A DNA stretch of 64,000 nucleotides from Octopus sinensis (GCF_006345805.1 NC_043008.1:78244001-78308000); one strand, 5' to 3'; counted from the first letter of the stretch, positions 12,281 to 24,734 are shown. Notes: generated by a model not told the origin, from the letters alone. Numbers and translations are program-made.

Positions 12281-14479
12281 GCTTAAAAAAGAAATTCATA
12301 AAAACTACAGGATTACCGGTAAAAGTGTACTCAGGAAAGCTAACCCTGAGGCTAAGAAAATTATGGAGAGGTATAACCTACAGATGAAGGCAGAACCACT
12401 TGATGCTAAGCAACCTCGGTTTATTTTGAAAGATCATTAACAAAATTGTTTTAATAACCCATCCTTAAGATTTATCTGTCCTTCTAGCTCTGTGTACACA
12501 TCGGTGTACTTAGTAAAATATTCTAGATAAATATATTCCGCTCTTAGTTAAAAAATTGAAGCTTAGTTTATCGTCTAATTCATTCCAAGTCGTCGACTGG
12601 TTTAGTTCTACTACTAATAAGAGGAGCACTAAGTTTATCCAGTTTGACATTTCTAGTTTTTAATCCTCCATCAACCCAATAGTAATTAATAAGGCACTTT
12701 GGCTTGTTCATAACAAAGCTGGTCTCTCCAGGGAAGAAATTAATGCTGTGTTGACCTTCAGAAAATCTATCATAAAGTTTGACAATAAGATGTGGGTCCG
12801 TAAAGACACACCCAATGGTTTTAATGCTACGATGGGAAGTTCAGATTCACTACAAGTAGCTGATTTAGTCTGTATATATATATATATACTTTATTAAAAT
12901 GACAGACCAGTTCCTAAGCATCAATCGAGGTCTATATCGTGATGATTGTTTACTTTACCTTCAAAATGTTCCTGAGCAAAAAGTACAAGAGGTTAAGAAT
13001 AGTTTAGTTTTTTTCCGTAGAAAGGGCTTAGGCATCGTTTTTGATGATGATGTAACGAAGGCTAACTTTTTAGATATTACACTTAACTTACACAATAATT
13101 CGTACTTCCCATACCACAAACCATCGACCAATCTTAAGTATATTAGCCAATTCAGTAATCATTCGAGGGCAATTACTAGGAACTTAGTTAAGAACATTTC
13201 ATTTAGATTGTCTAAGTTATCTGCTAATGTTGACATTTTCAATGATGAGGCTGAATTTTATAACTCTGCCTTACTTAAAGCAGGTTATACAGAGAAAGTT
13301 ACATTAGTTCCATTCAATCTTATTCTACCTTTACTAATGGAGATATGAAATCTAGTTGTAAGAATATAAACGATATCAATTTTAATTTATACGCCAACAC
13401 CAAACAGAGGAAGGGAGGTAACCCTTTTTCATTCTAAAGATGAATCGATGTCATTTTAAGATAGTTACACTAAAAATAAGGCAACAGTAAAACTATTTGG
13501 TTGATTATTCCTTATCGAAGGCAAATTAAATCTAATCTTTCTTTGCAGTTTCGGGAAGCTATTATTAGGAATTTTCCAAGGAACTCTAGGGATTACTCTA
13601 TTATCAACTCGCACACGGTTAGGATTGGTTTTTCCAACACAGAAAATCTCTTACAAATTATCTCTTCACTTAATATTAGTCTGTTAAATAAGAATACATT
13701 TACTAATAATAACATTAATTTAGCTAATCCCATCCATCCCCTTAGAAATATTAATAACAAGGTTATTGTCTCTGAAGTCAATTCCAATAGAATTAAGTTT
13801 ATGTCAAGTAATTATAAAATTAAAATCTCTATATACCAGTGTAAAATTACTCCAGGTACCGATGTCTATTTTTATGTAGGTAGTTCTCAGTTATCTAAAG
13901 GAATTTCTAATCATTACTCTACATTTAGGGATAGGAACAAACGTAACAGTACAAGGCTTAGTAAATGAATTTGGTATCTAAAAGACCATAATAAACAATG
14001 TAATTTAGATTGGTTGATTCTCTCCATTCCTTTCCCTTATGATAAAAGCAAGAAATTCTGTCTTCTCTATAATTGTGAACTACTTTTCATTCTTTTTTTC
14101 TAAAAATCCCATTGTAACACGGTTATACAACGTACTTACCGATGTAAACTTTGGCAGAAACACCCCTTTAGTTCATATAAGTGATATCTACCGTTATATG
14201 TAATTTAAACATTGATTTCCTTCTTACATTTCACTTCCACTGGATATATCTTGTTCCAAGACTTTAGGGTTTATTTTATTTTATTTACATATCGTTCTAT
14301 ACTTCTCATTTATTTGATTTCTGATTTTTCTTTCCTTTAACCCTCCTCTTTCTACAGGCTACCTTTGACGTTATATCACCTAAAAAAATTTTTAAATAAA
14401 CTTAATAGCGATCAATTCATCACTATGCATATCCATCATATTCTGTTAAAATGTCCTATTGACGAGTTTTATTTTTTAA

Positions 14480-14574
14480 TTTCCCTGAAGGGGAGATTAC
14501 ATTGTTTTACACCATTTTATTATTTTATTCCTTTGGAATTATACCACTGAGATCTTCGAAATATGTGTCGGAAA
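14480..14574 (+). ncRNA. Hammerhead ribozyme with long loop II, two core substitutions
   Basis: tttcc-CTGAAGG-ggagat..(about 55 nt)..atcttc-GAAAT-atgt-GTC-ggaaa. The inverted copy near 11945 retains AAAC-atgt-GTC. Confidence 0.6.
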
Positions 14575-14611
14575 TAAAAGAATTAGAATAACACTTGTAT
14601 TTAAAACTATT

Positions 14612-14655
<44 letters not shown>

Positions 14656-14721
14656 CGTGCGTACGTGCGTGCGTGCGTGTGTGCGTGTGTGGTGTGTGTG
14701 TGTTGTGTGTGTGTGTGTGTG

Positions 14722-15040
14722 AAGGCGCGTGGCTTAGTGGTTAGGGCATTCGGCTCATGATTGTAAGGTTGTGAGCTCAATTCCCGGCGACGCATTGTGT
14801 CCTTGAGCAAGACACTTTATTTGATGTTGCTCCAGTCCACTCAACTGGCAAAAATGAGTTGTCCCTGTATTTCAAAGGGCCAGCCTTGTTACACTCTGTG
14901 TCACGCTGAATCTCCCTGAGAACTACGGTAGGGGTACACGTATCTGTGGATTGCTCAGTCACTTGCACGTTAATTTCACGAGCAAGCTGTTCCTTTGATC
15001 GTATCAGCTGGGCCCCTCGTCGTCATAACCGACAGAGTGC
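14722..15040 (+). mobile_element. tRNA-derived SINE family C
   Basis: A box tggcttagtgg, B-box-like gagctcaattccc, then gtgtccttgagcaagacact central block. Flanked by GT and CA repeats. Confidence 0.75.
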
Positions 15041-15045
15041 TCCTT

Positions 15046-15130
<85 letters not shown>

Positions 15131-15316
15131 TATATAATTAAGGGTTTAGCAACAAGTTGCATTACCACATACCGAAAATTTAGAAATAGCAGCCAAGAGA
15201 CAGCTAATTCTTTTAACTACAAAATATCACGCCACAGACAACAATATAGGCAACAACTCACATCGGCAAAAAATAATTCTTTACCCTATATCTGTAATGA
15301 TTATATATATATATAT

Positions 15317-15352
<36 letters not shown>

Positions 15353-15947
15353 TGTGTGTGTGTGTGTGTGTGCTGTCTTCACTGAGAACATTTTTGTATT
15401 TTTCCCTTTTTCTTTTCCGTTTTTTCCTTTTTTCTTCATATGCCAGAAGGAATATGAAAGTTTCTATGAAAATTTTAAACATGTATGTGTATGTATATGT
15501 GTGTATGTGTTCATGCGTGTGTGTGTGTGCGTGTGTGTGTGCGTGTGTGCGTGTGTGAGTGTGTGTGTGTGTATGTGTGTGTGTGTGCGTGTGTGCGTGC
15601 GTATGTGTGCCCATGAGTTCATGCTTTTAGAAATACATCTATGTCTACACTGTGTGATTTAGATGTTTTGTATTGAAAAAGTAAGTGAAAATTCATTTAA
15701 TTTCATGTTTTTGCAAGAAAAATCATTAGTACAATATTTACAAACTAGAAAAAGAAAATCCAAATTTATAGAGATGAGCATCATGCTATAAATATTGGAA
15801 CAGAAACAACAGTAAATATTGTATTATTTTCTTTTCTTAAGGTGTCTTTCAATTTTATGTTTTGCATGAACAAACAATATTTGCAAATTAGAAAAATATG
15901 TAAAGCTAGAATATCCCAATGCTATATACACACATACATATATAATA

Positions 15948-15988
<41 letters not shown>

Positions 15989-16319
15989 CACACATATATA
16001 TGTAGGTCCCGGGTTGATTCGGGGTTAACCACAGTAAATAAGGTACTCAATACATAGCAGAGTAAAATTAATTTATTCTAGTCCTGTAGAAGCTCCTTCT
16101 ATATAATAAATATATACATATATATATATATATTTATAGAGATGAGTATAATTTGTTCCTTAGGTGTCCGTAGTTGGTCGTTCTTTACTTTGATCGCTTT
16201 TTTAATTCCCTCAACTATGGACACCTAAGTAAAAATTTAATGAACACATGATTCCGTTTGTTAACACACACAGTTCTGGGATAACCAACATCTTTCACGC
16301 TGTAAAATCGAACTTACCT

Positions 16320-16830
16320 ATACTCTACAAAGCCCCAAAATGAAACATCTGATTGAAAAAAAAAGCTCCTTACGAAATAGTAGACGCCAAGAAATCTTAA
16401 AAGCACATCACAAGAGCAGAATTCACATCAGAGAATGAAGTAGAATTCTTAGTAAAAGAATGTAGAGATAGAAAATGTTGAACATGCAACAGCAACAACA
16501 GATTTAGGCACTTTTGAAAGTGGTTCATACGTAAAATTCAGGAGCGGATTCTCGTTCAAAATAAATGCAGCTATGAACTGCAAACTGCTTTACCTGCTCC
16601 GACTGCAAAGAAAACAACATTGGTGAAACAAATACTTCCCTCTGCCAATGTGAGAGAATGCACAGGCAGCATAACCGGCAAGAGGAATTACGTAAGCAAG
16701 CATGTGAAAATATACAGCGATAGAAATTTCAAAATCTTTCCGCTTTACGAATGTTCACAGGAAGACCCGCAATACAAAAATGAATGAAGCTACAATTCAG
16801 CAAAAACTTCTCTCCAAAATTGAATGTTTG
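16320..16830 (+). mobile_element. Degenerate PLE fragment (Cys-rich linker + GIY-YIG)
   Basis: KECRDRKC*TC, NIGETNTSL..RMHRQH, FKIFPLYEC, PKLNV* read across frames. Confidence 0.6.
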
Positions 16831-16937
16831 AAAGAAAAACGGAGAATTTGCATTTTTTATTCTAAATGTAGCCCCAATATTGCAAACACGATACTCATCT
16901 CATAGATTTTCAGGTATATATATATATATATATATAG

Positions 16938-17024
<87 letters not shown>

Positions 17025-17145
17025 GTATTTATTTTGCTGAGATCTCCCTTTTAGTAGAAAGAATAGCTATAACTCTTTGACTGCTATTTCTAAATTCGGT
17101 GTGCGTGAGGCAATTCGTTGCTAAACCCTTAATTGCTTAGTATCA

Positions 17146-17228
<83 letters not shown>

Positions 17229-17431
17229 GTAGGTGAATGAATTAACCTATGTTTATCGTTAGCATGAAAAATTCGTTTAACCGAAACCTGGGTAGCAAAT
17301 TCCCGTCAGAAAAAACGGTTGAAGCGACCTGTCAAGGGTAGAAGCTCCGGTTTCTTCTGTAGAAATTTGTGTGATGTATATGAATCAATGAAAGAATGGA
17401 GTCGAACGAAGATGTTAACAAAATTCCTTTA

Positions 17432-17513
17432 CTCTCGACATATGTTTCGAAGACAGCATATTTTTATTCCGAAGGAATAAAAGGTGCATTATGCAATCTT
17501 CTCATCAGGAAAG
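17432..17513 (-). ncRNA. Hammerhead ribozyme, intact core, branched loop II
   Basis: Minus strand: ctttc-CTGATGA-gaaga..ttttattcc-ttc-ggaataaaa..tcttc-GAAAC-atat-GTC-gagag. Confidence 0.85.
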
Positions 17514-17558
17514 ATAAGGAGCCTCTCTCAACCACAATGCACCTTTTATTCGTTCGGA

Positions 17559-17599
<41 letters not shown>

Positions 17600-17603
<4 letters not shown>

Positions 17604-17812
17604 ATCCAAACATGAAAAACAAGAGTAAACACAACAACGCGAGGACGTGGAACAAGTATAGTATTATTGGACGCTCAGGAAAAAAGGAAAGAAGGTGGGT
17701 TTAACGTTTCGAGCGGAGCTCTTCGTCAGAAACATAGGAAAAGGAAAGATCCAAAGAAGGGAAGACGGAGGAAAAAATCGCCAACGGTACACACGCGGTC
17801 ACATTTTGAATG
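17600..17812 (-). mobile_element. About 200 bp non-coding repeat (solo pseudo-LTR or retrozyme-like) carrying a hammerhead
   Basis: Second copy at 61512-61712; both abut (TA)n. Confidence 0.7.
17699..17733 (-). ncRNA. Minimal hammerhead ribozyme
   Basis: Minus strand: gttt-CTGACGA-a-gagc-tcc-gctc-GAAAC-GTT-aaac, palindromic AACGTT at stem III. Confidence 0.8.
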
Positions 17813-17869
17813 ACCGGAAGGGAATGGGTGAAGAAAAAGTTATTTCAAAGACAGGAGAGTGCAAGAGGA

Positions 17870-18575
17870 GGTATGTGTGTGTAAGTGTGGATATGTGCGT
17901 GAGTGCAGGTCTGAGTGTGCGTGTGTGTGTAGGTGTGTATGTGTGCAATGATAGCACGTGTGTGTGTGTGTAGTTGTGTCTGTTAATCAATGTGTGTGGT
18001 GGTTTTTGGAGTTTGTGTAGGCGTAATGTGCGTGCGAGTGTGTGCTTACGTGCGTGTGTTCGTGTATGCGCGTGTGTGTCTGTGCCCATGTGTGTATAAT
18101 TGTGTGCGTGTCTGTATGAGTATTGTTTGTTGGAGGTATATGTGCGAACCTGTGCTGGAGTGTGTGTGCATGTATGTGTGTATATGTTTGTGTGCGTGTA
18201 TTATGTGCGTGTGCGTGTATGTGCGTGTGTGCATGTGTGTATGTGCGTGCGTGTGTATATGTATGTGTGAACGTGGAGATGTGTGTCAGGTTGTGTGCGT
18301 GTGTGAACTTGGAGTTGTGTGTCAGGTTGTGTGCATCTTGTTGTGTGTACGCGCGTGTGCTTGAGTTATGTGCGTGTATGTGGTTGTGTGTACGTTTGTG
18401 TACGTGTGTGTGTGTACGCGCATATGTGTGTGTGCGCGTGGGTGTATGTGGGTGTGTGTATATGTGTATGTATGCGTGTGTGTAGGTGAGTGGAAGTATG
18501 TGTGTGTATATGTGCATGTATGTATGTTGTATGTGTGTGATGTGTGAGAGGTATGTGTGTGTATATATAGATATA
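17870..18575. repeat. Degenerate (GT)n-rich tract
   Basis: Direct reading; produces spurious Cys/Val and His/Thr ORFs. Confidence 0.9.
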
Positions 18576-19613
18576 TATTCAGCAAAATTTAGATCCAAAT
18601 GAATATGGTACTTAAGTCAGATAAATAGAAAATCTCTTTTGTCTCCATTGAACAGAATATCCCTAAATAAAGGGATGTAATTGGTTATCGTTATTATTGT
18701 TATTATTGAACGTTTCGTTTAAATAAAGAAATTTTTTCATCGAAAAATACAGAACACGTCTTAATATGCACGCATAACCAACTTCTATCTGTTTACATAT
18801 TTCAATTCACGATTACATCACTGTACATAATTCCCCTCACTAAACAAGATATTCGAAACTTGTCTTTGTCTGTACATATATATTCCCCTTCCATTACCGA
18901 AAGCTACACAGTTATCTCCCTTACCCACAATAATAACAATAATAACGATAACCAATTACCTCCTTTTATTTATCTACTTGTGAAGACAAAATTTCTTAAG
19001 AAAAATACATATTCAAATAAGTAAAACATATCATGAATATCGATGGCGAAACCGGTTGATATATTAAAAATTATATTAAAACTACGTAAGTGTGCGTAAC
19101 ACCAACATTTTTTTCTCTGCCTCAAGGCACATCCCTAACACGCCAGCTGAGCTTAATTCGTCCTAGTCGAAAGACGCCTGTTCGTGATGTCCTGTTATTG
19201 TTATTAATATTATTATTGTTGTTTTTACGTATTATTTTTGAATTCATGTTCGTGTAACATCGTCCGTTTTTCTGTCCTTGTTTTGTATACATTCGAAGCC
19301 TTCTTCCAAGGAATCTAATGCGCTTAGCTTAGTTTTTCTTTGGGGCTGGCCAGATTGGAGGAAGCTCAAGATTAATCAGCCGAAATTGCGAGGATGATCC
19401 GGTTCTTGACTGAAGAATGTCCCGTCCGTGTTTTTTGTGTCGTCATCAAAATGTTTTGCGTTCTTGTCCCAGTTTATATTTTTTATTCATATATATATAT
19501 GAATAAAAAATACAAACTGGGACAAACTAGAAGACGCACGTCGTGTATGTGTGTATATATATATATATTATATATATAATATATATATATATATTATATA
19601 TATACATACACAT

Positions 19614-19775
19614 ACACGACGTGCTTCTTCTAGTTCCCGTCTACCAAATCCACTCACAAGGCTTTGGTCATCCCGAAGATACAGTGGAGGACACTTGCCC
19701 AAGGTGCCACGTAGCTGGAATGAACCCAGACCATGTGGTTGGTAAACAAGCTACTTAACTTATAAACATGCCTAT
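19614..19775 (-). mobile_element. SINE family A 5' half
   Basis: rc reads accaaccacatggtctgggttcattcc..gtggcaccttgggcaagtgtc. Confidence 0.8.
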
Positions 19776-19813
19776 ATATGTGTGTGTGTGTGAATGTGTG
19801 TGTGTGTGTTTGT

Positions 19814-19890
<77 letters not shown>

Positions 19891-20116
19891 GTTTGAATTA
19901 CATTCGTCCTTTAATTCGGAGGTTTCCACAGCAAACATTTCTAATAGAGGCCCTTCATATTTTGATAGTAGCTTAATGGCGTAAAATTGCGAATATGAAA
20001 ATAATAATTGTATATGGTGTGTTGTGAATTCATGGACAGAAATCCCTTAAAACTCAACAGTTTTTATGAAAATACAGAAGAAAAGGTGTTAAAATATATA
20101 AAAGAATTTTAATTCA

Positions 20117-20235
20117 TGCAGACGATCGTTTCGTACAGCCGTATAAAAATGATGCAAATTCATGTTTTAATGGGATTAATTAAATTAATTATATTCAATT
20201 TAAATTGATTGTCTATCACTGTACTGTTCAGTGCA
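20117..20235 (-). ncRNA. Hammerhead ribozyme with about 80-nt loop II, G8C variant
   Basis: Minus strand: tgca-CTGAACA-gtacag..ctgtac-GAAAC-gatc-GTC-tgca. Confidence 0.65.
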
Positions 20236-20546
20236 AGAAGTATAAACAAAATTTTTACAAAGGACTTGAGAAAGGAAAAAGCAGAATAGGATCAAGGAGA
20301 TTCATATTTATCCTTATGAGAAAGAATGTGAGCCCAGTGTGGCTTGTTGTGGCTATGAAGATGGAGAAAGAGTGCTCAGGGATTTATTATTCGATATAGG
20401 AGTACGGATAAATAACAATGTAGGGGAGATAAATGAGCCGGGAATGAAAAAAAGAGTTAAAAGATTTGAATTTGTATGTAAGTATGTTTAAGTATAGATA
20501 AAAATATGAGGTAAGGATCTAGCTTGAGGGATATATATAGGTATTA

Positions 20547-21959
20547 GTTAAGTTAAGTTAGATCAAGTTAATTTTTTGGCTCAAAAAGCAAAAGCAAGGC
20601 CATGTAGGGGGGAATGGAGTTATGTACAGAGAGGGTGTTCATGCAAAGAGTTCAGGCCATTTCTGGTCAAGAGAGTCTTTGAACCGAGCGGTCGTCGGCA
20701 TCTTCACTATCTCGTCCGGCAGCTTATTCCATGGATCCGCAACCCGGACGGAGAAAGCCCCTCTCCTTCGATTAAGATGAAATCGTTGCAGATAGAGCTT
20801 TTCAGAGTGACCCCACAGCCGACGCTCTGGAGCAGGAGTGAAGAACAGCTCTTTCGAGAGGTTACACTTTCCGCTTATGATGTTGTGAGCGAGAATGAGA
20901 TCAGCACGGCGTCGTCGTTTTTCTAGAGAATAAAGTCGAACGTCTTCAGCCTTTCTTCATAAGACAAATGCTTGAGACCAAGAACCATGCGGGTAGCCAG
21001 CTGCTGGACTCTTTCGAGATGATGTCTTTGAGGAGATAAGGAGAAGAGGCTTGAATCCCGTACTCCAATATGGGTCTCACCAGCGTGACATAGAGCGGTT
21101 GGAATACCGCTGCTGTGAGCATTCCGAATGACCGTCGAATCAAAAACAGAACTCCACGTGCTTTGTTGGCAGCATGGACGCATTGGGCCGAAGTCGAAAA
21201 GAAAGAATCCACTAAGATACCCAGGTACTTTACTTGGTCGGTCCTCTCCAGCAGCAAACGACCGGGCTCGAAATCAAGTTGAGTTGCAGGAGAGGAGCCA
21301 ACAGACTGATGACAGCACTTTGACACGTTCAGATACAGGTCCCATTCGTTAGACCATCTCCAAACTTGGTGGAGGCATCGGCGAAGATCAGCTATATCAC
21401 TGCGAGGAGCGACCAGTTTGACATCATCGGCAAATAGAAGGGTGTGTTGCGTGAGGTCGTCGGGCAAGCCATTTATGAAGACTAAAAACAATAACGGCCC
21501 AAGCACTGAACCTTGAGGCACGCCACTGCTCGCGCTGGAGACGTCGGACAGCAAACCATTAACTTGGACTTGGAAGGAGCAATCTGAGAGGAAAGCGCCA
21601 ACCCATTGTACAATATCCGGATGGAAACTATATGCTTGAAGCTTGACAAGTAATAGGCGGTGGTTAACCGAGTCAAAAACGATGTCAACAGCATCACCAT
21701 CATCCAGGATACGTGTCACCAATTCTTCCAGTAAGTTGGTCAAGCATGATCTCTTCAGCGCGAAGCCGTGTTGGGAATCAGAGATAGAGGCTGTGTTCTG
21801 GAGGTGGAGCAACATACATTTCTTGAGGATGGTTTCGAACATCTTGCTGATTATTGAAGTAAGGGAAACCGGTCGGTAGTTAAGCGGGTCTTCGCGGCTC
21901 CCTTTCTAGAAAATCGGGCAGATTATCGCTGTTCTCCAGTCTGCAGGTACAACGCCCAG
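20547..21959 (-). mobile_element. CR1-like LINE, 5'-truncated, RT ORF 20946-21842
   Basis: YRPVSL, QHGF..RSCLTNLL, SGVPQGSVLGPLLF, FADD, LYVTLVRPILEY. Tail of taact repeats; absent from the right arm of the inverted duplication. Confidence 0.9.
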
Positions 21960-22277
21960 TTTTGTATTAATATTCCAGTAATAGAAGAATATTGTGTATT
22001 ATGAATATGAGAGAAATTACGAGTTTAGGGGTGCACATAAGTATACAAAAAATACACAATGTTCCATAAAAACTTATTAGGAAAAGATGGTTAGTATATT
22101 TACTTATGCAGGAGTAGATGAATATCTTATTAATATAGATAGGTATAGAAATTCTTGTTTTTGATTAGCGAATACACAAAGAAAGGAATGTATACTCATA
22201 TCAGTGCAAAGAGAGAGAAAGAAATGGCTCACGCATATATATATATATATATATATATGCGTGAGCATATATATATA

Positions 22278-22470
22278 CTCTTTTACTCTTTTACTTGATT
22301 CAGTCATTTGACTGGGGCCATGCTGGAGCACCGCCTTTAGTCGAGCAAATCTTTGAAAGCCTAGTACTTATTCTATCGGTCTCTTTTGCCGAACCCCTAA
22401 GTTACGGGGATGTAAACACACCAGCATATGTTGTCAAGCGATGTTGGGGGAACAAACACAGACACACAAA
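22278..22470 (-). mobile_element. SINE family A 3' part
   Basis: cagtcatttgactggggccatgctggagcaccgcc...gttacggggatgtaaacacacc. Confidence 0.8.
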
Positions 22471-22519
22471 CATATACACACATACATACATACATACATA
22501 CGTACATGCATATATATAT

Positions 22520-24715
22520 ATATAAGTGCAGACACATATAAAAGTAGTATACGTATATGTGTGTGTATACGAAACATACGTATATGGGCACACGTTTATA
22601 TAAAAAAAATACACGTTAGTGGCAATATAAAGTGAATAAGCACATAATAATAATAATAGATATGCACGCAGAGACGACACATGAAATCCATCTCTAGATA
22701 TACACACATGGTTGTAGACATGTGGGACACCAAGATGTACTATATATGTTTGCATATATCAGTAGTAAAATATATTTAATTATCAGATAGAATGACAAGT
22801 AACATAAAACAGTAATAGTTAAAGTGGGTACGCTGAGGGGTGTAAAAGGACACATTATGCAAATAAAATAAAATAAAATACAAAACGGATATAGGTATAT
22901 TATGCACAAAGGAAAGATATTTTTAAAAAAGCAGATGTATTAAGAGAAGAGGAGGTGTAGGGAGTTGTAGATAAAGTGTTAGCGTAATATTTGGTGAGTC
23001 ATGCAATTGTTAGAAGGAAAAGTTAGATAACTGCGAAAAATATATCAAGTTAGTTTAAGATATAGTGATGTAAAGTGGATGTGATGAGTAATCGTATTCC
23101 ATAGAGAAAGATAATATATAGAAATATTTTTCTTAAATATTTAAGAATTATTTAAGATTGATAAAAAGGAATTTGGTCATGTGTTTACATGAGCAAAATA
23201 CTTTCATCCCTAGTGTTAATCAGATTTCCTTTCATTCTCATTATGCTATAGGTTTCTTCTAAACATAACCTACAAATTTTATTATTATATCTATAAGATG
23301 TGGCAGAAGATAGGTTTTTCCAAGAAATTGAGAAATCGGTAATGTTTCTTTTGAGGTGCCAAATGTTTTTAGATAGACCTGTGCTATAAGAAGATTTATC
23401 GGCAATAATTCTCGATTTAAGAGAATGCTTCTTGCAACCAATGTATATATATTTAGAGGAATCCTGAGTCATAATATTTGCTTGGTATACAAATTCTTTC
23501 ATTTTACAATTTCTATCTATTTCACAGGCATTTGTGTCTCTACAATTTCAATTTAAATTATTGGTTGGTACTATGGTCTGTGTCAATTAGGGATAATGGA
23601 ATTCTGGTCATTATCATAATAGTAGTTGTTAATCATAGGATTAATGGAGGTACCAGGTAGATTCAACGAAGTTTTTTTCTTTTATTATAGAATTGATCCA
23701 GTTTCTTATTGTTAAAACAAGAGATAATCCTAAAGAGATTAGGAGAGACTGAAGATCGAAATCAATTTTTTTTTATTATTAAATATTTTTGCATATTTAG
23801 AGTTTTTGAAGTCTTTATTAATTATCATTCTAACGGATCTAATAAAGTTAAGTTTCAGATGCCTGGCTAAAGGTATTATGATACAAGTAGTGTTAATGCT
23901 AGTGGGCTGATGGGTTGCGTTTTGAGGGGGGGGCAGCTATTCTCACACAAGGTATTGGTTTCTTTTTCGCTATTCTGTTCACATCTATATTAACTTGAGT
24001 TCTATGGTCATGTATTTTATTGAAGGAATTAGGTGAGTTCAAATTATCTTTATTTTTTTCTGTTTATTGGTTTAATATTCCTATCTCTATCTATAATTAA
24101 GAGGTTTTGGTGTTTGTTGTCAGTATTCTTGGGTTTATTAATATTAGTAATTGCGTAGTTAGTAAGGTGGGAATTGCTAAAATCTATATTATTTTTTTTT
24201 TAGTAAAGTTATGGTTATGGTGTTCGTATTGTATAAGTTTATTAACATGTTTATTGTAGTTGTGATTTCTGTGTCTTTTGCTAAAGTTATGTAGATGACT
24301 ATCATTGAAAGTTTTTTATATGTTTATTTGGGTGTACTAATTCATTGGGTGACTTAGGTTCTCAAGTATTATCTACGTTATTCATTTCAATATAAAGTTT
24401 GATATTAGTATTGATGCTGTCGTTTTTATTGCACTCAATTTCATATTTATATTCTGCCTTCTTAAGTGCTATGTTATAATAGTCTTTATGTTTGTTAAAT
24501 ATTTCTTCATTAGATGATAATAAATTAATTCTTCTCTCTATGTTAGTGGTCAGGATTTCTATAATATTATAAGGATAATTACTTTGAGCGTTTATGTATG
24601 TGATACTGTTGTTAGGTTTATGATAAGGTTTATGATATTGTTAGGTTGTTAGGTTTATGATAAGGAGGAAGAATTAAGATTGAAGTTAAAGTCTAGGAAG
24701 TTCACAGATAAGTGC
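22520..24715 (-). mobile_element. Penelope-like element 3' half (RT thumb, GIY-YIG 23185-23502, 3' UTR)
   Basis: NFLDFNFNL..PYHKPNN..YINAQSNYP; FVYQA..YIYIGC..STGLSKNIWHLK..CRLCLEE..LINTRDE. Confidence 0.85.
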
Positions 24716-24734
24716 CTTATTTCGTAAGAAAATA

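Larger units (their letters stand above)
11890..14615 (+). mobile_element. Penelope-like element (Naiad-type motifs), RT + GIY-YIG pseudogene, with an inverted pseudo-LTR copy at its 5' end
   Basis: FIQFDISSF, MGSSD, GLYRDD, NFLDITLNL, YHKP..SNH, SIYQC..YFYVGS, STRLSK*IWYLK. 11890-12140 is the reverse complement of 14195-14615 with a deletion. Confidence 0.85.

Noticed and set aside
13960-14185. In-frame TGA in a Naiad-type GIY-YIG domain as possible selenocysteine (reported for some Naiads)
   Set aside because: The TGA falls in LSK*IW, not at a cysteine position; nearby cysteines are TGT, the copy has other stops, and I could not see a SECIS.
15137-17135. Inverted pair of about 90-bp repeats (15137-15225 and 17045-17135) as TIRs of a 2 kb element
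   Set aside because: Quite diverged and each adjoins TA tracts; more simply two independent short repeat-end insertions.
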